This document shows, piece by piece, positions 45,222 through 54,093 of a DNA stretch of 64,000 nt. The position numbers were made by a program, and so were the translations under genes. Under the pieces are notes generated by a model, which was not told where the DNA came from, did no database searches, and saw nothing but the letters and a program-made list of their open reading frames with translations. This DNA comes from an uncultured Bdellovibrio sp. GTDB taxonomy: Bacteria; Bdellovibrionota; Bdellovibrionia; Bdellovibrionales; Bdellovibrionaceae. The stretch spans positions 3,787 through 67,786 of the forward strand of contig CBIHNW010000025.1 of the NCBI GenBank assembly GCA_966211795.1, given 5' to 3'. Every line of letters starts with the position of its first letter. The stretch's first letter is position 1.

Positions 45222-46424
45222 CTAGGCCGCCACCTTCTGCTGATCGATGATCTGCCAAAACTCGGGAAAACTTTTGTGCACGACTTCGGGATGCAGAATC
45301 TGGATCGATGAGGTCTGTGACGCCACCAATGCCGCGGCAAACGCCAACCGATGATCATGATCCGTATCATAGGAAAATGAGCTGGTCGGCATCACCAATC
45401 GCGCCGGTGGATGAACTTCCATTCCGTCCGGCAGGATCTTCGTTTGCACCCCGAGATGGCCAAGCAGTTCCGCCGTCTTCTGGATGCGATTGGATTCTTT
45501 AAACACCAAGTGCGGAGCCCCATCCAATCGGGACGGACCCTTCGCGAAAGCGCACAAGGTTGCAAGCACCGGAAAAAGATCCGGGCACTCGTTCAAATTC
45601 CAATGCACACCTTGCAATGATACCAGACCCGGAGTTTTTTGAAAGATGCGAACATGATCCGCTCCCGTCTCGACGCCGGCTCCCATTTTTTCGAGGATTT
45701 GCACAAACACCTTATCGGGTTGCAAGCTCTGAAAGGGGAAACTGCGAAACGTGGCCTCGCCATTCAAAGCGGCATAGGCCGCGATCGCGAAGCTTGAGCT
45801 TAAATCGCTTTCAATTTGGTACTGCCGAATCTGCACCTTCGAGTGAGCTGGGATCAAAACACCCTTCTCAAAATTTTCCAGGCGCATGCCAAAGTCCTTC
45901 ACGACCTGGGTCGACATCTGCCAATACCCTTCAGAAACGCCGGTCTGATCCCATTCGATCTTCAACGGAAAGTCCAGGTCCCAGGCATTGAGCAAAATGC
46001 CCGAGACAAACTGGCTTGATTTTTCGCGATTCACGCGAAGGCTCAGTTTTGGTTTTTGCCACCCGCGGCTGTGAATGATCAACCGATCGGTTTGAATTTC
46101 GATTCGCACACCGAGCTGCTTTAAAATCTCGACCAGATCTTCTTGCGGCCGACTGAGAAGTCGGGGCGTGCCTTTCAAAATATGCACGCCGGGGATTCTG
46201 GACGCTCGCAAAGCCAAGAACCGCAACACGGTGCCGGCACTGCCGCAGTCGTAAATTGACTCGCGCTGCAGACGCGCGAAGGCTTCTTTCATCTTCAAGA
46301 CGTCATCACAGGTCGACTCGCCCTTCAGGACGACCGAAGGCGCGTAAGAGCCGCAGATCAACGCTCGGTTGAAGTGCGACTTGGAAGCCGGGATGACGCC
46401 GTCATAGCGAAAAAGGCTTGGCAT
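45222..46424 (-). CDS. aroA: 3-phosphoshikimate 1-carboxyvinyltransferase (EPSP synthase)
   Basis: PASKSHFNRALI, DCGSAGTVLRFL, KESNRI. The start overlaps the upstream stop by 1 nt. Confidence 0.9.
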   Translation of the reverse strand: MPSLFRYDGVIPASKSHFNRALICGSYAPSVVLKGESTCDDVLKMKEAFARLQRESIYDCGSAGTVLRFLALRASRIPGVHILKGTPRLLSRPQEDLVEILKQLGVRIEIQTDRLIIHSRGWQKPKLSLRVNREKSSQFVSGILLNAWDLDFPLKIEWDQTGVSEGYWQMSTQVVKDFGMRLENFEKGVLIPAHSKVQIRQYQIESDLSSSFAIAAYAALNGEATFRSFPFQSLQPDKVFVQILEKMGAGVETGADHVRIFQKTPGLVSLQGVHWNLNECPDLFPVLATLCAFAKGPSRLDGAPHLVFKESNRIQKTAELLGHLGVQTKILPDGMEVHPPARLVMPTSSFSYDTDHDHRLAFAAALVASQTSSIQILHPEVVHKSFPEFWQIIDQQKVAA

Positions 46425-47473
46425 CAGGCCGCCTTTTTCTTTGGAATTTCGGTGACCACATTGCGATCCAATGCCGTCCCCATCGCTTTCAAGCGGGCCA
46501 TCAGTTGCGAAAAATCCGTCGGCAATAAAGCTTGCGGACCATCTGACAATGCCTCTTCGGGTTTGTCATGCACCTCGACGATCAAGGCATCCCCACCGGC
46601 CGCCATTCCGGCCAAGGCCATTGGTGACACCAAGTTTCGATATCCGGTTCCGTGACTGGGGTCGACGACGATCGGCAGATGCGTGAGCGATTTCAAAATC
46701 GGAATCGCGTTCAAATCCAGCGTGTTTCTGGAATATTGAGTGTCGAAAGTGCGGATGCCCCTTTCGCATAGAAGGACCTTGCGGTTGCCGCCTGCCAGAA
46801 TGTACTCGGCGCTCATCAACCATTCTTCGATGGTCGAAGACATGCCCCGCTTCAGCATCACGGGCTTATCGATCTGACCCAGCTCTTTTAAGAGCGAAAA
46901 ATTTTGCATATTGCGCGCACCGATTTGGATGATGTCGACATAATCCATCATCATCTTCAGGCCTTCTGAATCCATGGCTTCGGAAATCACCGGCATGCCG
47001 GTTTCCTCGGACGCCATTTTCAGGATCTGCAGACCTTTCTCACCCATTCCTTGAAATGAATACGGCGAGCTTCGGGGTTTGAAGGCTCCCCCGCGTAAAA
47101 CCGTGGCCCCCGCCTTGCGAACCGCGCGCGCAATGCGCATGGTTTGATCTTCACTTTCGACCGAGCAAGGTCCCGCCATCACGATCAACGAGCCAGCCCC
47201 CCCGATCTCGAGGCCCTTGACTTGAATCTTGGTGCCCTCGGGATTTGCCTGTTTGCTGGCAAGCTTGAAAGGTTTTGAAACGCGAAACACGCTTTCGATA
47301 AAGGGAAAGGTCTCAAATTCCTTGAGCTGAATTTTCTCTGTCTTCCCGAGCAAACTGATGGTGCACTGATTTTGTCCTTCGACCACATGGGCTTTCAAAC
47401 CCAGTTTCTCGATCTTCTGCACGACTTCGGCAATTTGTTCTTTGGTCACGTTCTGTTTGGTGACAATGATCAC
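46424..47473 (-). CDS. DAHP synthase, type I-beta with an N-terminal ferredoxin-like regulatory domain
   Basis: MAGPCSVES, GGAFKPRSSPYSFQG, VDPSHG. I place the start at the GTG at 47473, which forms a GTGA overlap with the upstream stop and follows an AAAGGGGG RBS. The ORF track extends to 47656. Confidence 0.85.
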   Translation of the reverse strand: MIIVTKQNVTKEQIAEVVQKIEKLGLKAHVVEGQNQCTISLLGKTEKIQLKEFETFPFIESVFRVSKPFKLASKQANPEGTKIQVKGLEIGGAGSLIVMAGPCSVESEDQTMRIARAVRKAGATVLRGGAFKPRSSPYSFQGMGEKGLQILKMASEETGMPVISEAMDSEGLKMMMDYVDIIQIGARNMQNFSLLKELGQIDKPVMLKRGMSSTIEEWLMSAEYILAGGNRKVLLCERGIRTFDTQYSRNTLDLNAIPILKSLTHLPIVVDPSHGTGYRNLVSPMALAGMAAGGDALIVEVHDKPEEALSDGPQALLPTDFSQLMARLKAMGTALDRNVVTEIPKKKAA

Positions 47474-48723
47474 GAGGCCCCCTTTTTCTGTTTGAGACTT
47501 TGAAATTGATGGTAAAACTGATTGGCCTCGATGAAGAGGCTTTGCTGCTGATCCTTCACATCCTGCGATTGGCTTTGGCAGGATTGAAGCTCTTGCACCA
47601 GCTGCGCCAAGGCCGTCTGCACGGCCTGGTGATTGCTGTTTAAAATGGATTCCCAAATGGTGAACGAAGATCCACTGACCCGCAACAAGTCACTGATCAC
47701 ACCCGGAAAAAATTCAGGATTTTGCGCGAACGATTTGTCTTTCAAACACACGGCCATCACGCTCGATAAAAGCTGCGGCAGGTGACTGGTCCACGCCAAA
47801 GCTTCGTCGTGCTCGTGAGCCTGGGTCCAAAACGGACGAGCACCCACAGCCAAAGCCAAAGCTTCACAGGTGGCTTTGCAGGAATCGCTGACGGACCCGG
47901 AAGCGGTCCAACAAAAAACTTTGTTATAAAAAAGCATGCTATCGGCGTTCTGAAAGCCCGAAACCTCTTTGCCGGCCAGCGGGTGACCGCCAACATAGAC
48001 AAATGAACTTGGTTTTTCTTTCTGTCTTCGCAGATAGGTTTTCTGCATCAGCTCTTTGGTGCTACCGAGATCCAAAACCAAAGCGCCGTTTGGAAATGGA
48101 AATTCTAACAGGTACTGCGCATTGATGTCGACCGAAGCGGCCAGCACATAGATCGCGGCCGGATGCATGTGCGATGGATCCGTAATAAAATGCAAATTGG
48201 AAAACTGATTCTCTTCTTTCCACTGAAGAAAGCTTGCCAGCGGCAATCCCGGATCAAGCACTTCGAATCGCCAATGCGGCAGAGCTTCGCTTAACGCTAA
48301 ATAGAAGCTTGCCCCCAGAAGACCAAATCCGCAAAGCGCCACCGTCTGACTTTTTGAAAAATCAAGATGCGCTTTCTCGACCATGGTTTCGACCAGGGCC
48401 TTTTGCACATGAGCGCCTTCTAAAAAGCGAAAGCGCTCCACCAGGGTCATAAACAAAGCTTCCATCTCAGAAGGAGACAGCGGTCCTTCGCTACCAGCAG
48501 CCTGACGGACCTTTTGGCGGATGCGACCCTCGCGGGCCGGATCGTAAATCGGCATCTGGCGTGCACGCTTGTACTCGCCGACCGAAAACACCAGCTGAGC
48601 ACGCTCTTTGAGCAAAGCGAAAAGTTGCTGATCCACGCGGTCGATACCCTGGCGCAGGTCTTCCAAATTCAGATCCTGAGCCGAATGCTGCCCGGGCACT
48701 TTGGCTTTGAGCGCAAAAGTCAT
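47470..48723 (-). CDS. tyrA: bifunctional chorismate mutase (AroQ) / prephenate dehydrogenase
   Basis: N-terminal LRQGIDRVDQQLFALLKERAQLVFSVGEYK (CM type II). The remainder is a Rossmann-type PDH (VALCGFGLLGASF). Confidence 0.85.
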   Translation of the reverse strand: MTFALKAKVPGQHSAQDLNLEDLRQGIDRVDQQLFALLKERAQLVFSVGEYKRARQMPIYDPAREGRIRQKVRQAAGSEGPLSPSEMEALFMTLVERFRFLEGAHVQKALVETMVEKAHLDFSKSQTVALCGFGLLGASFYLALSEALPHWRFEVLDPGLPLASFLQWKEENQFSNLHFITDPSHMHPAAIYVLAASVDINAQYLLEFPFPNGALVLDLGSTKELMQKTYLRRQKEKPSSFVYVGGHPLAGKEVSGFQNADSMLFYNKVFCWTASGSVSDSCKATCEALALAVGARPFWTQAHEHDEALAWTSHLPQLLSSVMAVCLKDKSFAQNPEFFPGVISDLLRVSGSSFTIWESILNSNHQAVQTALAQLVQELQSCQSQSQDVKDQQQSLFIEANQFYHQFQSLKQKKGAS

Positions 48724-48988
48724 TGCAATCTCCCAATGGTTTTCGAGGGTAATGAGTCTCTTTCGGTGGATTCAGCCCAGAGTTAAAGAACCCTCGGCGA
48801 AAATGATGAGGCCAAACTGTCTACGCCGTCGACACATTCACCAACCTCGAAGCATTTGGATTTGAGAATGAAAATAGCCCCGATCGTCAAAAACCTCGTC
48901 AAAAGTTTTTTAAAATTCTCAGAATGAAAATCGGCACTATTTGATAATCATGCGATGACTTGATAAATTATTTTTATAATCCCCGCGT

Positions 48989-49567
48989 TCAAAAACAGTC
49001 CTTCGCCAAAAAGTCGATGTGTTCGCGAATATCCTTGGGCCACGTCTGCACCATGCGATCAAAGGTCTTTCGATCATTGGCAAAAAGGCTGCGAAGGGCC
49101 TCTTCGTAATTTGGAAAATCACCCGCCTTGGTCGTCATGAATTTATAAGTCGCGTTTTGCGATTGACGAATTTCGTCTTTCACCCGACTTTTCTTTCGCG
49201 CCTCTTCGACCAATTTTCGCAACGTCACCGAAGCTCCACCCGGTTGGGTCGCAAGCCACTCCCACTGGTTTGGCAAAAGCCCAATTTCCCTCGAGACCAC
49301 GCCCAGCTTCGGTCTGCCGGGGCCGACCTTCTTTTCTGGATTCTGCCTTTCCATCTCAGCCTGCAGGCGCTCGAGAAGTGTCTCGGACTTTCGCCGCAAA
49401 TCGATCTCCACCAGCTCGCTGGTTTGGTTATCGAACAGTTCAATCTCGGCTTCTTTGTTTTTCTTCAAGTACTCGAGACTTTTTTCCACCACGCTCAGCA
49501 GATGTCCGCTGCCGACTTTCTTATTGCCGGCAAATGCCGTGCATTCCCGATCTATTCTTGGCTCCAT
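48989..49567 (-). CDS. DUF2239-family protein
   Basis: CTAFAGNKKVGSG at the N-terminus and GPGRPKLGVVSREIGLLPNQWEWLATQPGGASVTLRKLVEEA match my memory of DUF2239 sequences. Confidence 0.65.
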   Translation of the reverse strand: MEPRIDRECTAFAGNKKVGSGHLLSVVEKSLEYLKKNKEAEIELFDNQTSELVEIDLRRKSETLLERLQAEMERQNPEKKVGPGRPKLGVVSREIGLLPNQWEWLATQPGGASVTLRKLVEEARKKSRVKDEIRQSQNATYKFMTTKAGDFPNYEEALRSLFANDRKTFDRMVQTWPKDIREHIDFLAKDCF

Positions 49568-49588
49568 AAGGACCCCTCTTTCTGCTTT

Positions 49589-49638
49589 TAATATTACCCG
49601 GGTCTTATTAGCTTGTCAATATCACCCGGGTCATATTA
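49589..49638. promoter_or_regulatory. pair of 22-bp ACCCGGGT-centred palindromic operator sites overlapping the DUF2239 promoter
   Basis: TAATATTACCCGGGTCTTATTA (49589-49610) and CAATATCACCCGGGTCATATTA (49617-49638). On the minus strand, TTGACA-17 nt-TAATAT lies between and over the sites, about 30 nt upstream of the ATG at 49567. Confidence 0.6.
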
Positions 49639-49760
49639 TCCCCGCGCCCTTCATCCTGCCAATTCTGGGCAATTTTCCAAATGTTTGTCAGGCTCTAAGC
49701 CTCAACTGGCGCCTCACCCCTTGGCACGATTTGCATTCCCTCTGAGCCCGAGAGGTTTTT

Positions 49761-50912
49761 ATGAAAAACTGGATGCAAGTTTCAAAATTGATGATGATCG
49801 CTGCGGCTTCAGCCGCTTTGGCAAACCCGCAAGCGCTCGCCGCTCAAAGCACGGTCACCTCCGTAGATCACCCGATCGCCACTCAAAGCTCGGTCACCTC
49901 CGTAGCCAATGCCGTCACCGCCGAATCCTTGCTGCAATCTCGCATTCAGCGAGAAGCCGACGCCGGCGTTCCGCTCAAACACCGATCGATTCTCACCAGG
50001 GGACAAGGACACCCTTGCAAAACACTCTTGATGTTTCCGGGCCTGTACGAATCACCGGCGTATTTGAAGGGCTTGACCAAGTATTATACGAGCCACGGCT
50101 TTAACGTCGTGGCTTTGGGCCTGAGCGGCCACTTTCGCGCCGGCGATCCCGAGATGCGCCACTTCAGTTATCAGGACTGGCGTCACGACACGGAAGAGGG
50201 CTTAAAGATCGCCAAGCTTTTGGGACAGCCCGTTTTCGTTTTTGGTTACTCGACAGGCGGTACGATGGCCGCGGATCTGGCCCTGAGATTCCCGAAAGAC
50301 GTTTCCGGATTGTTTTTATTTGCGCCCGCCCTGGATGTCACCGATTCCGTTCGCAACATGGTTCACCTGGGCTCCTTGCTCAACATCCAACCGGTCGCAC
50401 TTTGCAATAAAGAGAAGCTAAGCCCCATGTGCAAAGCCATCGCCCACGTCGCCGCTGGCGGCGTGCAGAAAGCCCGCCCACTTCTGGCAGAAGGACTGTC
50501 ATGGTCCCCGTTTGCTGGTCTACAAGTGCATCGTTACGTTGAAGCGATCTACAAAGAGCGTTCCGCCGCTTACACCACACCAACCGGCAGTGGCGATGGC
50601 GAGCGAAGCCTCAGTCGCAGCGAAGTCTTAAGCCAAATTTACGGCCAGATCTCAGCGCCAACTTTCCTCGTGGTCGATGAAGGAGATCTTACGGTCGCAA
50701 CACCCTTGTCAGAAAAGGTCTTTGAAAATCTGCGCGGCCCAAAAGACATGATCGTCTACAAAGAGAAAGACGGCATCGCCCACACCAACATCACCAAATA
50801 TGCCGAAGACAGTTTCAAAGGATCGCCAGAGCATTACAACCACTTCACCGACGATCTTGAAAAACGAATGGACCGCTTCCTCGACCAAGTTTCAATTTCT
50901 TGCGAAAAGTAA
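49761..50912 (+). CDS. secreted alpha/beta-hydrolase
   Basis: Signal peptide. Nucleophile elbow GYSTGG. An N-terminal 13-aa tandem duplication (QSTVTSVDHPIAT / QSSVTSVANAVTA). Confidence 0.75.
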   Translation: MKNWMQVSKLMMIAAASAALANPQALAAQSTVTSVDHPIATQSSVTSVANAVTAESLLQSRIQREADAGVPLKHRSILTRGQGHPCKTLLMFPGLYESPAYLKGLTKYYTSHGFNVVALGLSGHFRAGDPEMRHFSYQDWRHDTEEGLKIAKLLGQPVFVFGYSTGGTMAADLALRFPKDVSGLFLFAPALDVTDSVRNMVHLGSLLNIQPVALCNKEKLSPMCKAIAHVAAGGVQKARPLLAEGLSWSPFAGLQVHRYVEAIYKERSAAYTTPTGSGDGERSLSRSEVLSQIYGQISAPTFLVVDEGDLTVATPLSEKVFENLRGPKDMIVYKEKDGIAHTNITKYAEDSFKGSPEHYNHFTDDLEKRMDRFLDQVSISCEK

Positions 50913-50949
50913 AACCGCTCCCGACTGTTCCACAGACGAAGGAAAGAAC

Positions 50950-51043
50950 GGCACTCATCCACGATGTTGACCGTCGGTACGGAGCGTTTTCGTGAATTCA
51001 AGATAACATGCCATACCAACGGCAAAGATCGTGGATGAGTGCC
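50950..51043. repeat. long imperfect hairpin (16-bp perfect outer stem) in a convergent intergenic region
   Basis: GGCACTCATCCACGAT (50950-50965) pairs with ATCGTGGATGAGTGCC (51028-51043). The next 14 nt inward pair at about 10 of 14 positions. Confidence 0.7.
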
Positions 51044-51161
51044 CTCTCAAGATTCAAACTCGAAGCTCTCACAGCAAATGCTTTCACGAACGCGGACTCG
51101 GGCTCGGGCCGGGCAGGTTCCACCACTATTGGGGCGACAAACAGGGTGCGGGATCTGAAAT

Positions 51162-52391
51162 TTAATTCTTAGCGCGCAGAGCTTCTGAGGGTGAAAACTG
51201 GGAGGCACGCTTGGCGCTGAAGTAACTGCCTGAGAGTGCGATCAACGAGCCGAAGAGAAAGATCATCAAGACAAATTGCCATTCAAGATAAGCCGGGATC
51301 TGCGAGTCATAGTAAATATCTGGCAACACGTTGAGCGGATGTTTTTCGATCCACAGGCTTGTGCCCGAGCCGATGATCAATCCGGATCCTAAGCCCAAAG
51401 CGGCCAGACACAGACCGATCTGCATGAAAAGTTTCTGTACGCCCATCGTGGAAAAGCCGATGGCGCGAAGAATGCCGATCTCTCGTCGCTTTTGCGAAAT
51501 CAACAAAATCAGAACTGAAATCATCGAAAGGCTTGCAATCAGGGCGGCAAGACTTAGAAACAAAGTGATCACAATTTTTTCCAGACGAAGCGCAAAGAAC
51601 AAAGCCGAGTTTCGCTCTTTCCAAGTCTGCACCCGCACCTCGGGAAATCCCTGCATCTCCGCTTTGTAACGATCCGCTTGCGAAGGATCAGGGGTCCAGA
51701 CTTCCATGCCGACTTGTCGACTGTCGGAATTTTGCAGGCGCTTTAGGGTGTGATCGCGAACGTAGAAAATATTTTGCGCGTCGACATCAGACAGACTGGT
51801 CGAGATCAGGCGCTTGACCTTTACGCGCTCGTACTTGGGCGTTTCACCGGGTGGCAGCAGCAAGCTTTCCGGCGGAATCACCATGATCGAGTCTCCTTCA
51901 AAAACGCCGAGACTGATTGCCAAATCCACACCCATCAAAATTTCACCAGGCCCCAGGACCTCGAGCTTTAAGGGTTCCGTTTTATTTTTGCTATCGAGCT
52001 TGTGCATGTCCTTCAACATGCGATCCAGGCTTTCTTGCGTCAATCCGCGCGCGACACCGCCGCGGAAATGCCCATCCAGCGTGCGGATGATGACGTCCTG
52101 GTTTTCAAAAATCTGCACACGCAGATCGCTTTGATTTTTAAGCTTCGTCGCCAGCGGATGTGCGTCCAAAAGTGCCGCTGACTTGACGCCCGGAATTTCA
52201 ACCGTCAAATGCGGTTCGACAGCGATGGTGCGCTCTTGAATGTTGCGATTCAAAGCCGTCATCACGGAAATAACGATGACCAGGGCGCTCACCGAAATGC
52301 AAAGCCCGATCACCGTGAGCCACGAGATCTTCTTCACCAAAGCGCCAGCCCGGCTCGAAAACAGGTATTTTTTAAAGAAATCCAGGAACAT
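51162..52391 (-). CDS. LolC/E-like (FtsX-fold, MacB-type) ABC permease
   Basis: N-terminal TM, a large periplasmic domain and 3 C-terminal TMs. The REIGILRAIGFS motif is typical of the LolC/E / MacB family. Confidence 0.85.
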   Translation of the reverse strand: MFLDFFKKYLFSSRAGALVKKISWLTVIGLCISVSALVIVISVMTALNRNIQERTIAVEPHLTVEIPGVKSAALLDAHPLATKLKNQSDLRVQIFENQDVIIRTLDGHFRGGVARGLTQESLDRMLKDMHKLDSKNKTEPLKLEVLGPGEILMGVDLAISLGVFEGDSIMVIPPESLLLPPGETPKYERVKVKRLISTSLSDVDAQNIFYVRDHTLKRLQNSDSRQVGMEVWTPDPSQADRYKAEMQGFPEVRVQTWKERNSALFFALRLEKIVITLFLSLAALIASLSMISVLILLISQKRREIGILRAIGFSTMGVQKLFMQIGLCLAALGLGSGLIIGSGTSLWIEKHPLNVLPDIYYDSQIPAYLEWQFVLMIFLFGSLIALSGSYFSAKRASQFSPSEALRAKN

Positions 52392-52405
52392 CCGGAAAGA
52401 CTAGC

Positions 52406-53386
52406 TTATTTGTCCTGGCTCGGCATGCGTTTTTTGTTTTTGGATCGCTGCGCTTCTTCTTCGCGCACTTCCTCGGCGTTTCCTTTGACCAGGAAGGACT
52501 TTTCCATGGCTTTGATTAGCACCACGGCCTCGTCCAAAGCTTCCAGCGCTCGGCGGCTGGACTGCGGAAGATCGGGCGCAATTTCAGCCAAGGCCGGAAT
52601 CACGACTTTGAACTCTTCCGTTAGCACGGCCAAATTGCCCACAAGCTTTGTCATGTCCTTTGCCATGTGGGGCGCTTCGCGATTGATCTCGGGAATGATT
52701 TGATTGAGCTCTTTCGTCGTCACGGCAAGCTCTTTTAGCACCACGCCCAAGTTTTCATCCTTAGTGGCCTGACGCGAAAGTTTGATCACTTCAAGCGACA
52801 TCGTGTTGAGGCTTTTCAGCAAGGGATCGATGCGGTCAAAGGCATTGATGAAGGCCTGCGTTCGATTTTTATCCAAAAACGCTTCCGCCAGAAACTTGAG
52901 ATTGTCCATCATTCCGCTCATGGTCTTTAAATAAGTGCCAAGCTCGCGGCCACTCATCAGCGTCAAGAGATCCATGCCTTCTTCAGACGCCATCGCGCTG
53001 CCATCGGCCAAGGGGCCGGCGGTGGTTGAGCCCACCGAAATGTCGAGCACGCGATCGCCGATGACGAAAGGTCGAATCAATTGGGCGACCGAATCGGTTT
53101 TAATTTTTCCTTCGAATTTGCTGAGCACGTAGAACTTGACCAAAATGCGGTTGTCGCTCGTCAGCTCCACTTCTTCGACGCTGCCGGCTTTCAGACCTTG
53201 AATCTGAACCGTCGTCCCCGGATGCACGCCATCACCTGAAACAAATGAAGTGGACCAATGAAGTTTGCTATCGAACCAGCCTTGCTTCACGGCGACGCTT
53301 AAAAGCGCCAGCACGAAGCCCGCGATCGAGGCCGCGACAAAAATGCCGGCGACACGTTCAAACTTATTGAACTTCACATGATTCAT
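52406..53386 (-). CDS. MlaD-like MCE-domain protein with a long helical C-terminal extension
   Basis: N-terminal TM anchor and the MCE core GVHPGTTVQIQGLKAGSVEEVEL. ATGA overlap with the upstream gene. Confidence 0.8.
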   Translation of the reverse strand: MNHVKFNKFERVAGIFVAASIAGFVLALLSVAVKQGWFDSKLHWSTSFVSGDGVHPGTTVQIQGLKAGSVEEVELTSDNRILVKFYVLSKFEGKIKTDSVAQLIRPFVIGDRVLDISVGSTTAGPLADGSAMASEEGMDLLTLMSGRELGTYLKTMSGMMDNLKFLAEAFLDKNRTQAFINAFDRIDPLLKSLNTMSLEVIKLSRQATKDENLGVVLKELAVTTKELNQIIPEINREAPHMAKDMTKLVGNLAVLTEEFKVVIPALAEIAPDLPQSSRRALEALDEAVVLIKAMEKSFLVKGNAEEVREEEAQRSKNKKRMPSQDK

Positions 53387-54093
53387 AAACTGACGACTTT
53401 CTTTTCCCCATCGATGACGTCTTGATAAATTGTGCCGCAATCAATGAAAATTTCTTTGTGCGGCAAACAGTTCATCAACTGTTCATCAAAGGAACTGATG
53501 AAGACGTGCTGGGCTTTGTCTTTTTTGCGAAGCTCTTGCACGCAATCGAAAAATTTCAAAATTTGATCCTGACCCAAACCCACGCTCGGATCATCCAAGA
53601 GCAAAACTTGGGGCTCTAACATCAGCGCGCGGATCAGGCACGCCATTTTGCGCACACCACCCGGAACGGTTGAAGGACGCAGGTTTGCAAACTTTTGCAC
53701 GCCCAGCATTCGCATGTACTCGGCTGCCCGATCTTCCGCTTGTGGCTTCGAACAAACCTTATGATACACCAATGGCAGAGTGATATTTTCAAGCAGCGTG
53801 CGGTTGTGCAAAAGCCCGCCGAAATCAAAGCCGTAACCGATGCTGGTGCGGTAGGGAAGAAATTCCTCGAATGACATTTCGGCCACGTTCACGTCGTTGA
53901 TCAGGTACTGACCCTTTTGGGGAACCACGAGCCCCGCCATGATTTGCAAGAGCGACGAGCGGCCCGATCCCGACGAAGCCTTCACCCACACGATTTCATT
54001 CATAGGGAAGTCAAAGTCCACTTGCTCGAACAAGGGCTCTTGGCCCTCGTGGTGAAAGGTCAAGCCTTCGAATTTTAAGCTTTGGATCTTCAT
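53383..54093 (-). CDS. MlaF-like ABC nucleotide-binding-domain protein with degenerate catalytic motifs
   Basis: NBD-length protein colinear with ABC ATPases. Walker A reads SSGSGRSS, the Q-loop region YGFDFGG, the signature VPGGV, Walker B LLLDDP, and the H-loop region FISSFD. Confidence 0.75.
   Translation of the reverse strand: MKIQSLKFEGLTFHHEGQEPLFEQVDFDFPMNEIVWVKASSGSGRSSLLQIMAGLVVPQKGQYLINDVNVAEMSFEEFLPYRTSIGYGFDFGGLLHNRTLLENITLPLVYHKVCSKPQAEDRAAEYMRMLGVQKFANLRPSTVPGGVRKMACLIRALMLEPQVLLLDDPSVGLGQDQILKFFDCVQELRKKDKAQHVFISSFDEQLMNCLPHKEIFIDCGTIYQDVIDGEKKVVSL

Noticed and set aside
47474-47656. N-terminal extension of the DAHP synthase ORF into the tyrA-type gene
   Set aside because: The extension overlaps the 3' end of the upstream gene in another frame. 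The GTG at 47473, with an upstream AAAGGGGG and a GTGA stop/start overlap, gives a protein of normal length that begins with the regulatory domain.
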